A stretch of 64,000 nt of DNA from an uncultured delta proteobacterium (GTDB taxonomy: Bacteria; Desulfobacterota; Desulfobacteria; Desulfobacterales; B30-G6): the NCBI GenBank assembly GCA_963823335.1, contig CAWGLD010000005.1, positions 384,001-448,000 of the forward strand, in the 5' to 3' direction. Position numbers and translations under genes: made by a program. The notes beneath the pieces were generated by a model, which ran no database searches, was not told the origin of the DNA, and worked only from the letters and a program-made list of their open reading frames with translations. This document shows, piece by piece, positions 48,271-56,451 of this stretch; positions within the stretch are counted from its first letter, which is position 1; the number at the start of each line of letters is the position of its first letter.

Positions 48271-48768
48271 ATGAACACGCATCAGGCATTTGTTTCGGTT
48301 GGGTCGAACCTGGGAGATAAAATCGAAAACTGCCGCAAAGGGATCAATGGGTTGCTGGCGGATGGTGCATCGGTTCTTTTGGGGACATCTTCTTTTTATC
48401 GAACGAGTCCTGTCGATTATAAAGATCAGGACTGGTTTGTCAATCTGGTGGTAAAGATCAAAACAACGCTTGATCCATTTGGCCTTTTGGCCAAGATACA
48501 GGATGTCCAGAAGGCAATCGGTCGCAAAGCCGACACGTTGCGGTTCGGACCGCGTGTTATCGATCTTGATATCATTTTCTTCGATGACCAGGTGATTCAG
48601 ACGGACCTTCTGGAAATACCACATCCGCGGATGCATAAAAGACGCTTTGTATTGAAACCTATTTGTGATATAGAGCCGTCCATGATGCATCCCGTATTGA
48701 GAAAAGACATGCGATCGCTATTAGGTGATTTGAAAGATTCGAAGCAAAGAATCATGGAGATTCAATGA
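48271..48768 (+). CDS. folK: 2-amino-4-hydroxy-6-hydroxymethyldihydropteridine pyrophosphokinase
   Basis: GSNLGD, QDWFVN, GPRVIDLDII and PHPRMHKRRFVL. Confidence 0.95.
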   Translation: MNTHQAFVSVGSNLGDKIENCRKGINGLLADGASVLLGTSSFYRTSPVDYKDQDWFVNLVVKIKTTLDPFGLLAKIQDVQKAIGRKADTLRFGPRVIDLDIIFFDDQVIQTDLLEIPHPRMHKRRFVLKPICDIEPSMMHPVLRKDMRSLLGDLKDSKQRIMEIQ

Positions 48769-49025
48769 AGCTGCTGGTTCTTCTGGTTGTGGGATATCTC
48801 TGCTACCGGGTGATGAAAAACTGGATCATGGCGGGTCCGCCATCGCCCGATAAGGTTTCTTCTGCTTCTGTAGGTGAAATAGATGATGTCATGATCCAGG
48901 ACCCGGTTTGTGGCGTATATTTCCCGAAAGGAAATAGTATCGAACTGCAGTATAGGGGCGAAAAATTGTTCTTTTGCAGTCAGGAATGCAAAGCTAAGTT
49001 TATCCATAGCCACAAAGAAGCGTGA
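48765..49025 (+). CDS. YHS/TRASH domain small membrane protein
   Basis: N-terminal TM helix; DPVCG...FFCSQEC. Confidence 0.85.
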   Translation: MKLLVLLVVGYLCYRVMKNWIMAGPPSPDKVSSASVGEIDDVMIQDPVCGVYFPKGNSIELQYRGEKLFFCSQECKAKFIHSHKEA

Positions 49026-49057
49026 TAATTACATCTTGTTGAAGGCCTAAAGTCATT

Positions 49058-49624
49058 ATGCCATTAAGTCATAAATTAAAGAAGACGTTCAGTAACCCCA
49101 ACACCCTGACATTATGCAGAATCGGAGCGATACCGATTATTATTCTTTTGATGTATTTTCCGAACCGGCTTTGTACATTTATTGCCGCACTTTTTTTCAG
49201 TGCCGCAGCCATAACAGATTATATGGATGGCTACCTTGCACGTCAACGCGGCATGGTTTCCAGTTTTGGAAAGATCATGGACCCGGTAGCGGATAAATTA
49301 CTGGTGTCTTCATCTTTTATCATGCTGGTATACCACGGATGGGTGCCGGCATGGATGGTCTGTATTATCATCGGACGGGAGCTTGCGATTACGGGTCTTA
49401 GAAACATCATAGCCGAAACCGGCGGAGATGTGTCAGCTTCCTGGTTGGGAAAGTATAAAACAGGTTTTCAAATAGCAGCCATCATTCCCTTGTTTTTTCA
49501 CTATGATTATTTCACAATCAGCATGAATGCCATCGGAACCTTTTTTCTGTGGGGTGCGCTTCTATTTACGATCTGGTCGGGGGCAGATTATTTTATCAAG
49601 GCCCGGCATTTATTGAAACAGTAG
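49058..49624 (+). CDS. pgsA: CDP-diacylglycerol--glycerol-3-phosphate 3-phosphatidyltransferase
   Basis: PNTLT-R and DYMDGYLAR...G-IMDPVADK; precedes tRNA-Gly/Cys. Confidence 0.95.
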   Translation: MPLSHKLKKTFSNPNTLTLCRIGAIPIIILLMYFPNRLCTFIAALFFSAAAITDYMDGYLARQRGMVSSFGKIMDPVADKLLVSSSFIMLVYHGWVPAWMVCIIIGRELAITGLRNIIAETGGDVSASWLGKYKTGFQIAAIIPLFFHYDYFTISMNAIGTFFLWGALLFTIWSGADYFIKARHLLKQ

Positions 49625-49721
49625 CATGCAGGGACGAAATTCCGTTTTATATACGGCACGATCTCATGGCGTTAGGGAGGGTAGGGTAAAAAATAATCCT
49701 GCTCTGCGGATTTATTTTTTA

Positions 49722-49750
49722 TTGACAAACGATCCATATCCCGTTAGAAA
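49722..49750 (+). promoter_or_regulatory. sigma70 promoter of the tRNA operon
   Basis: TTGACA-17nt-TAGAAA with an AT-rich upstream element. Confidence 0.65.
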
Positions 49751-49765
49751 ACGCAGACCAAATGG

Positions 49766-49840
49766 GCGGGAATAACTCAGTGGTAGAGTGCGACCTTGCC
49801 AAGGTCGAAGTCGCGGGTTCAAATCCCGTTTCCCGCTCCA
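49766..49840 (+). tRNA. tRNA-Gly(GCC)
   Basis: GCGGGAA/TTCCCGC acceptor stem, anticodon arm CGACC-TTGCCAA-GGTCG, GGTTCAAATCC and encoded CCA. Confidence 0.97.
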
Positions 49841-49848
49841 TTTTTTTT

Positions 49849-49923
49849 GGCGGCATAGCCAAGTGGTAAGGCAGCGGTCTGCAAAACCGCTATTCTCCGG
49901 TTCAAATCCGGATGCCGCCTCCA
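49849..49923 (+). tRNA. tRNA-Cys(GCA)
   Basis: GGCGGCA/TGCCGCC acceptor stem, GCGGT-CTGCAAA-ACCGC, GGTTCAAATCC and encoded CCA. Confidence 0.97.
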
Positions 49924-49932
49924 GTTAAAATA

Positions 49933-49971
49933 AAAGGGTTTGTAAGAAAAACAAAGGCTTACAAACCCTTT
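49933..49971 (+). terminator. Hairpin after tRNA-Cys
   Basis: AAAGGGTTTGTAAG...CTTACAAACCCTTT. Confidence 0.7.
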
Positions 49972-50091
49972 CTCATTTCATGCTTCAAGTGTCAGTGAGC
50001 GTCCTTTGTGCTTTAGTAACCCCCTAAATCGTCACAAAATAGCCATAAAACAGCCAGGCATTCAACCAACAAAAAAGGCGGGTCAATAAAT

Positions 50092-50397
50092 ATGTATTCA
50101 TTTAGACTTTGGATGGGCTCATTACTATTTGCAATCGGCATAGGATTTTGGACGTGGTTTCTAAGAAATGCATCCCGTAAAGAAAAAGCGAATCAGGCAA
50201 AACTATATAAAAGCTTCCATAAGATAATTCAAGTAATATGGAACTCTGCCTGGGTAGGTGCAGGGCTTTGGCTGTATCCAATCCCCAAAACCATACCACT
50301 AATCGCGCTTTTAGGCGGTGTGTTTTCAGGTATCTATTTTTCACAGACCGGTCACAAAAATGGCCACAGCAGAAATGAATTGCTCCGAAATAGATAA
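50092..50397 (+). CDS. Hypothetical small membrane protein
   Basis: AT-rich 101-aa ORF with 2-3 hydrophobic segments. Confidence 0.45.
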   Translation: MYSFRLWMGSLLFAIGIGFWTWFLRNASRKEKANQAKLYKSFHKIIQVIWNSAWVGAGLWLYPIPKTIPLIALLGGVFSGIYFSQTGHKNGHSRNELLRNR

Positions 50398-50418
50398 TAA
50401 TAAAAAGAAGTTAGGGTA

Positions 50419-51519
50419 TTATCGAATTTTCGAGTAGCCAGGAATCAATGTCTGAGTGCTGCTTACACCGGAGATGCCCCGGATATGATCGTGGACGAAG
50501 TCTCCGATAATCTCCGCATCAGATGAAAGCATGTCCCTTGTCAGGATTATTTTAGCGATGATGTCCACATCCCCGTGAACCGAGTGAAGTTCTTTAACCT
50601 CGTCGTGAACAAATAATTTGTCCATAATACGATATTCGCTTTTTGCCTTGACAATGATCAATACAAAGGCGGTGATGTCCCGTTGCATTTCTGGATACTG
50701 CTGTTCTTTCATATCTGCCATTTTATTTCTAAAGGCCTCCATGTCTTTGGGGATTAGTTTGTCGATCCCGATTCCGTATTTGCGCGATAGGTTTTTATCC
50801 CATTGATGGAAAGATATATAGGCATACAGATCTGACAGGGTTCGATTTTGAAAGTGCTGAATGAGCTGCTCCTTATCTATGATGGCAATGAGGGGGCTGT
50901 AAATCGTCTCATACCAATCTTGTGCCGAGTCTTTCTTGGAAACCTTTCTGCCCGTGATCCGCCAGAGATAGTCCTGGTGCTTTTTGATTTGCTCCTCGAG
51001 ATAGTCATACTGGCCTAATTCCGTCAGGTCGATGGTCTGTGACAAGCCTGTATTCTCCTGAAAAACAGATCGTTGTCGATAGAGAATGTTTTCGAGTGTC
51101 TTTTTTGACGGAATAAACTCGACAATATCTGCCCGGATTGTTTCGTGGCCGAATTCTTTGGCTGCTGAAACCCGGTGATTGCCGTCCAGAACATAAAAAT
51201 CATCCTTGATCTGATACAGTTTGACGGGTGGCAGTCGTTTTCCCCTCCGCATGGAAGCCTTGATGTTTTCAAGTCGCTCCGATGGAATATGCTTTTTAAT
51301 CCGAAAGTGGTTGTCGAAATCCTGATAACGTCCTACGCTGCCCGTAATCTGTTTTAGTGGAACAGAGCAACTACCACGAATAACCGTGTCAAAAGCGCCT
51401 TCAGTGATCTGGTCTTCCTTGAAGTTTTTGGTCTCCTGCGGATTTGCTGGTGGAAGATGGTCTGATATTTCCGGAGTGCGTTTCTTTCTAAATATTGATT
51501 TCAAGAATCGTGTAGCCAT
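50419..51519 (-). CDS. ParB/Srx-like domain + DUF4032-like helical domain + Lrp/AsnC ligand-binding (RAM) domain protein
   Basis: GSVGRYQDFD...LPPVKLY...YVLDGNHRVSAA; WYETIYSP...DLYAYISFHQW; C-terminal AFVLI-V...VHGDVDIIAKI...IRGISGVSSTQTLI. Confidence 0.8.
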   Translation of the reverse strand: MATRFLKSIFRKKRTPEISDHLPPANPQETKNFKEDQITEGAFDTVIRGSCSVPLKQITGSVGRYQDFDNHFRIKKHIPSERLENIKASMRRGKRLPPVKLYQIKDDFYVLDGNHRVSAAKEFGHETIRADIVEFIPSKKTLENILYRQRSVFQENTGLSQTIDLTELGQYDYLEEQIKKHQDYLWRITGRKVSKKDSAQDWYETIYSPLIAIIDKEQLIQHFQNRTLSDLYAYISFHQWDKNLSRKYGIGIDKLIPKDMEAFRNKMADMKEQQYPEMQRDITAFVLIIVKAKSEYRIMDKLFVHDEVKELHSVHGDVDIIAKIILTRDMLSSDAEIIGDFVHDHIRGISGVSSTQTLIPGYSKIR

Positions 51520-52156
51520 AGCTGTTAACGACCTTTGTATTATCGATGTTTGTTACCCTGTCTGAAAAATTGTCAAAATGTGCATGAATATGGCCGTGGA
51601 TAAAATATTTTGGTGCATAACGATTGATAAGCCAGTTGAAACTTTTAAATCCCTTGTGGCAGCGATCTTCTGCGTCATGCACATGCCTTGGCGGGGCGTG
51701 TGAGACAACTACGTCAACGCCATTTTTCCACCACAGACCTATCTTTAATCTGCGAACAATCCGACGCATTTGTCGTTCGCTATATTGATTCGGACCACCG
51801 TTGTACCATCGGGATCCTTCAAGCCCTAGAATTTTAACACCCTTGAACTGAACCAGCCTTCCATGGATGTTAACGCATCCATCGGGTGGTTTGAGATCGT
51901 AACGGATATCATGGTTGCCTTTTATGAAATAAAGCGGTGCCTGAATCCGGTTGGATATCGTTGTCAAGTATTCGGGCGGCAGGTCTCCGCAGGAGAGTAT
52001 CAGATCGATCTCAGAAAAATGGTTCGGGTCGAAGGAATCATTGAGAATCGGTTCAACACGATCTGAAACAGTCAAAATTTTCATACATTTATTATTGTTA
52101 CGTCTGGTCGCCATGTCACTATCCCGAAAGTTCATGCGTTTATAAAACATTACCAT
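51488..52156 (-). CDS. Calcineurin-like metallophosphoesterase
   Basis: ILTVSD, CGDL, GNHD, SHAPP and HGHIH; AGGAGG SD before ATG 52156. Confidence 0.9.
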   Translation of the reverse strand: MVMFYKRMNFRDSDMATRRNNNKCMKILTVSDRVEPILNDSFDPNHFSEIDLILSCGDLPPEYLTTISNRIQAPLYFIKGNHDIRYDLKPPDGCVNIHGRLVQFKGVKILGLEGSRWYNGGPNQYSERQMRRIVRRLKIGLWWKNGVDVVVSHAPPRHVHDAEDRCHKGFKSFNWLINRYAPKYFIHGHIHAHFDNFSDRVTNIDNTKVVNSYGYTILEINI

Positions 52157-52223
52157 AAGTAAAGCCTCCTTGGCGACACATATTTGATGTATGGGTTCAG
52201 AACCTATGCGGATGATATTTTTC

Positions 52224-52252
52224 TTGACAAATTCAGGGGAACCGCTTAAAAA
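52224..52252 (+). promoter_or_regulatory. Candidate sigma70 promoter of the bam operon
   Basis: TTGACA-17nt-TAAAAA; TATAAT hexamers just downstream. Confidence 0.45.
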
Positions 52253-52460
52253 GCTTTAATATAATTATAATATAGCTGGTTTGTAGCCATTAAACGCTTG
52301 CGGATTGAAGAGCAAGCTGCACCGAATATTTTGCCTGACGGCAACGCTTTGAAACCCGGTAAGGGTTTTCGCTATCTGATTGCGCTTGTAAATCCCGTAA
52401 TAAGCTAGGGGGAGTACACCCGCTCTTACCGGTTCAAGTAAATATAGAAGGGGAAAAGAA

Positions 52461-54452
52461 ATGAGGTACGCAGAGACGGGCTTTAATTTAGAGGTGGATC
52501 TCACCAGGGGAAATATAGAGAGGGTTCCAACAGACCCAAAAGACACGGCGCTTTATCTGGGGGGCCTGGGTACGAATGCCAAGATATTATGGGATAGGGT
52601 TCCTCCGGAAGTTGAACCCTTTTCCCCGGACAATCTACTTATATTTGCAGCAGGCTTATTATGTGGCACACCTGCTACCGGATGTAATCGTACCATTGTA
52701 TCAACGATCTCTCCCCAGACCAGGTTGATGGCATTTTCAATGATGGGCGGATTTTGGGCACCAGAGCTGAAATATGCCGGTTATGACAAAGTGATTCTTC
52801 GCGGTAAGTCAAAAGACCTGGTATATTTATGGATACATAATGACAAAGTAGAAATACGTGATGCCTCTCATTTGCAAGGTAAAGGCTCTAATGAGACAGC
52901 AGAACTTATAAAAAAGGAATTGAAGCAACCTAAAGCTCAGGTGGCGGCCATTGGTCTGGCTGGTGAGAACAGGGTCTATTTTGCTTCCATCGAGCAGGGG
53001 CGGTCCAGTGCCAGTCGTGGGGGAATCGGGGCCGTAATGGGAGACAAAGGGGTAAAGGCAATCGTTGTCCGGGGAACAAATGATATTAGCGTCGCCCAAC
53101 CTGCAGAATACATGGCACTTTGCAACGAAGTACTGGAATATATCAAATTCCGAGAAAAAAACCCCATTCCCGGTGTTATCCCCATTTTATCTGTACTTGG
53201 ATCACCTCAGGAGATGGCGATTCATGATGAGAAGTGGCACACAGAAAATTTTTCCTGGGGAAACTCCCGAGTTCGCAGAAAAGATTTTTGGAACGATGAC
53301 ATCGCTGAAGAGTGGAAGGAAACATTGCATAATGCGCGGACACGACTGATAAGCTGCCATAACTGCCCGATGAAATGCGGGGCGACACTTTCCATGCCCG
53401 GGCTTCCGACCTACATGATGAAGTGCTTTACGAAACTCACTTATACCATGGCGGCCATGTCAAACCTGGAGTTTGGCTTAACCATCGCACAACGCGCTAC
53501 GGAATATGGTGTGGACGGATACTCAGCACCGCAAGTGATGGCCTTTGCTTTGGAGCTTTATGAAGCGGGTATCTTTACAGATAATGACCTGGAAGGGATG
53601 CCGTCCAAAACCGAAGACAGATTTTTCTGGTTGCTTGACAAGATTGTTCGCCGGGAAGGTGTCGGTGATGTATTGGCAAATGGCACTTACTGGGCTGCCA
53701 AAGAAATCGGTAAGGGTGCTGAAGAATATGCACACAACAATATTAAGAAACATGAGCAGCTGCCGCTCAAGCTAGGCATGCTGAACCCCATCTATTTCCT
53801 GATGTATTGTACAGGAGAAAAAATAAATATTACCCAGATTGAAGGGCAGTTTCCCCAAGGGCCTTTTCCCAAAAGAGAACACAGAGAAAAGTTTGTAAAG
53901 GATTGGTTCCAAGTCCCTGATGATAGATTCAAGCAGTATTTTCTGGACTGGGAACCCCGCGGAGAGAACTCGATGCCATATTATCCTACAGTTGAAATGA
54001 CGTGTGACATCGTCGACTGGATGGAGAGAATGCACTACATCGATGATGCCCTGGGTATGTGCGCCGGTCTGTCATCATTTCATCTGAAACCTCCCTATCA
54101 TATTCACAATTATCCGAAATTTATCTCCGCCGGTGCCGGGATTGATATGGATGAAGATAAACTGACTCAGGCCGCCAAGCGGTACCGCACGTTAATTCGA
54201 GCCATCAATATCAGAAGAGGTATGCGGAGGAAAGATGAGAGACCGCCCGAAGACCACTGGAAGAAAAGAATCCCAGAACTTGAAAAAGAGCTCCTCGATA
54301 CCTATTACCAATACAAAGGCTGGAATATCGAGGGGATTCCTACCAAAGCGTCCTTACATGAAATGGGTCTGGATTATGTGAGTGAAGACTTTTTAAAAAG
54401 AGGAATTTTGACGGATACTGCCGAGGATTCTTCTCAGGATGAAATAAAGTAA
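52461..54452 (+). CDS. bamB: Class II benzoyl-CoA reductase, tungstopterin active-site subunit
   Basis: AOR family; closely matches recalled Geobacter BamB (MRYAETG..., PQEM-IHDEKWH, CxNCPMKC, YMMKCFTKL, ITQIEGQFP). Confidence 0.93.
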   Translation: MRYAETGFNLEVDLTRGNIERVPTDPKDTALYLGGLGTNAKILWDRVPPEVEPFSPDNLLIFAAGLLCGTPATGCNRTIVSTISPQTRLMAFSMMGGFWAPELKYAGYDKVILRGKSKDLVYLWIHNDKVEIRDASHLQGKGSNETAELIKKELKQPKAQVAAIGLAGENRVYFASIEQGRSSASRGGIGAVMGDKGVKAIVVRGTNDISVAQPAEYMALCNEVLEYIKFREKNPIPGVIPILSVLGSPQEMAIHDEKWHTENFSWGNSRVRRKDFWNDDIAEEWKETLHNARTRLISCHNCPMKCGATLSMPGLPTYMMKCFTKLTYTMAAMSNLEFGLTIAQRATEYGVDGYSAPQVMAFALELYEAGIFTDNDLEGMPSKTEDRFFWLLDKIVRREGVGDVLANGTYWAAKEIGKGAEEYAHNNIKKHEQLPLKLGMLNPIYFLMYCTGEKINITQIEGQFPQGPFPKREHREKFVKDWFQVPDDRFKQYFLDWEPRGENSMPYYPTVEMTCDIVDWMERMHYIDDALGMCAGLSSFHLKPPYHIHNYPKFISAGAGIDMDEDKLTQAAKRYRTLIRAINIRRGMRRKDERPPEDHWKKRIPELEKELLDTYYQYKGWNIEGIPTKASLHEMGLDYVSEDFLKRGILTDTAEDSSQDEIK

Positions 54453-54462
54453 GGGGGAAACC

Positions 54463-55005
54463 GTGACGGGCGACAAGAAAACCAAAACTAAAACGATTAA
54501 AACCATAAGGGTTGATGTCGATAAATGCAATGGCTGCAAGGCGTGTGAAGTTATCTGCTCTGCGTTTCATGCGGCCCCAAAGTATAGCAGCAACAATCCA
54601 GCAAGGTCGCGTATTCGGGTGATTCGTGAACCATATACCGATATATATGTACCGGTATATGCGGGTGAATACACACCAGCCGAATGTGCAGGCAGAGACA
54701 AGTATACCATCGATGGAAAGGAATATGACGAATGCGCCTTCTGTCGGGCCTCCTGCCCATCCAGGGACGAGTTCAAAGAACCGGATTCCGGTCTTCCATT
54801 GAAATGTGATATGTGTGAAGGCGAAGAAGAGCCCATGTGTGTAAAATGGTGTCTTGCAGATGCCTTGATTTATGAAGAAAGGCAAGAGGAAGTCCAGGAA
54901 GAGCTCGAACAGGAAGAGCTCGAAATCGGGTTGGAATCACTGGCCGACAAATATGGAATGGACAAGATAATGGATGCTGTATCGCGGATGAAAAAGAAGG
55001 TATAG
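54463..55005 (+). CDS. bamC: Benzoyl-CoA reductase 4Fe-4S subunit
   Basis: CNGCKACEVIC, CAFCRASCP and KCDMC...PMCVKWC. Confidence 0.92.
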   Translation: MTGDKKTKTKTIKTIRVDVDKCNGCKACEVICSAFHAAPKYSSNNPARSRIRVIREPYTDIYVPVYAGEYTPAECAGRDKYTIDGKEYDECAFCRASCPSRDEFKEPDSGLPLKCDMCEGEEEPMCVKWCLADALIYEERQEEVQEELEQEELEIGLESLADKYGMDKIMDAVSRMKKKV

Positions 55006-55044
55006 GATTCTATCGGCCGGGTACAGTCTCTTAATGGTAAGTAT

Positions 55045-55245
55045 TATGCATTTTGTGAAAGAAAAAATCCATCACGAAAACACGAAACTTTAAAAACACG
55101 AAATTAAAAAAAAGGGTTTCACCCATTTGGAATATTGGGATGATGGAATGGAATTGGATTCAGAAACGAAAGATATTTCGTGGTTTCGGTCTTTCGTGAT
55201 TTCGTGATAAAAAACAGTGCTCCTTTCCGGATCATCCGGATTGGG
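55045..55245 (-). repeat. Repeat family A, full copy with internal insertion
   Basis: Both CACGAAA arms and the CCCAATCCGGATGATCCGG end; an extra GGAAT/GGGAT-periodic stretch of about 60 bp in the loop. Confidence 0.8.
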
Positions 55246-55276
55246 TTTCAAGAAAATTAGAGGGAAAATAGCGAAC

Positions 55277-56437
55277 GTGGAGACTGTAGCCCCCTTCAAA
55301 GAAGTACTTGATGAGATAAAAGAGGCTGGTGGAGATGCCTTCAAGTTATGTTTTCAATGCGGATTGTGCGATGTTGTCTGTCCATGGAACAGGGTGAGGC
55401 AGTTCAGCATGCGCAAGATAATCCGGGAGGCCACTTTCGGTTTGACAGAGATAGAAGGTGAAGATATCTGGCGATGTACCACCTGCGGAAGATGTCCTGA
55501 TCAATGTCCAAGGGGTGTAAAACAGATAGAGCTTGGCGTTTCTTTACGAAGGGTTGCCACGGAATACGAGGTTTTTCCTAACTCGGTGCGTTCTGCCCGT
55601 ACAGCCAGAGCAAGTCTTATTTCGGAAGGCAACCCCTTGCAGGGAGAGGGGAAAAAGCGTGCGGACTGGGCCAAGGACCTGTCGGTAAAAACGTTCAAAG
55701 AGGGAATGGATGTTTTGTATTTTGTCGGCTGTTATCTAAGTTATGACCCAAGAATGAAAAAAGTAGCTGTTGCTACAGTAAATATTCTAAACCAAGCAGG
55801 GGTGGCTTTCGGTATTTTAGGTGACAAGGAAAAGTGCTGTGGAGAGAGTATTCGTAAAACAGGCAGTGAGGATGTTTTCAAAAGCCTGGCCAGGGAGAAT
55901 ATTAAAACGTTCATTGACAATGGCGTAAAAAAAATCATTGTTTCTTCGCCTCATTGCTACCACACCTTAAAAAACGAGTATCCCGAATTTATGGTAAACT
56001 TTGAGGTGGTCCATATTTCCCAATATCTAACTGAGCTTTTGGATGAGGGCAGACTTGAACTTTCTGGGACCTATGAGAAGAAAGTTACCTATCATGACCC
56101 CTGTTATCTGGGTCGACATAACGACATATATAATGAACCCCGGGATATTTTAGATAAAATACCGGGTTTAGAACTAATTGAAATGGTTGATTTTCGCAAA
56201 GGCAGTCTCTGTTGCGGCGGGGGAGGGGGAAGAATTTGGATGGACACGCCAAGGGGAGAAAGATTTTCCGACCTTAGATTGGAACAGGCAAAAGAAGTTG
56301 GGGCTGATGTGCTGGTTACCGCCTGTCCATACTGTATCACCAATTTTGAGGAAAGCCGTCTTAACCTTGCCTATGAAGACATTTTGGAGATCAAAGATAT
56401 TACGGAAATCATCCAGGAAGTAACACGACGAACCTGA
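55277..56437 (+). CDS. bamD: HdrBC/HdrD-like Fe-S subunit of class II benzoyl-CoA reductase
   Basis: [24 protein letters not shown], two CCG domains and [12 protein letters not shown] start 55277 assumed. Confidence 0.88.
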   Translation: METVAPFKEVLDEIKEAGGDAFKLCFQCGLCDVVCPWNRVRQFSMRKIIREATFGLTEIEGEDIWRCTTCGRCPDQCPRGVKQIELGVSLRRVATEYEVFPNSVRSARTARASLISEGNPLQGEGKKRADWAKDLSVKTFKEGMDVLYFVGCYLSYDPRMKKVAVATVNILNQAGVAFGILGDKEKCCGESIRKTGSEDVFKSLARENIKTFIDNGVKKIIVSSPHCYHTLKNEYPEFMVNFEVVHISQYLTELLDEGRLELSGTYEKKVTYHDPCYLGRHNDIYNEPRDILDKIPGLELIEMVDFRKGSLCCGGGGGRIWMDTPRGERFSDLRLEQAKEVGADVLVTACPYCITNFEESRLNLAYEDILEIKDITEIIQEVTRRT

Positions 56438-56451
56438 CGAGGTGCTATAAA

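Noticed and set aside
50419-51519. Chromosome or plasmid partition ParB, or Lrp transcription factor
   Set aside because: No HTH, no parA, and the domain order fits neither.
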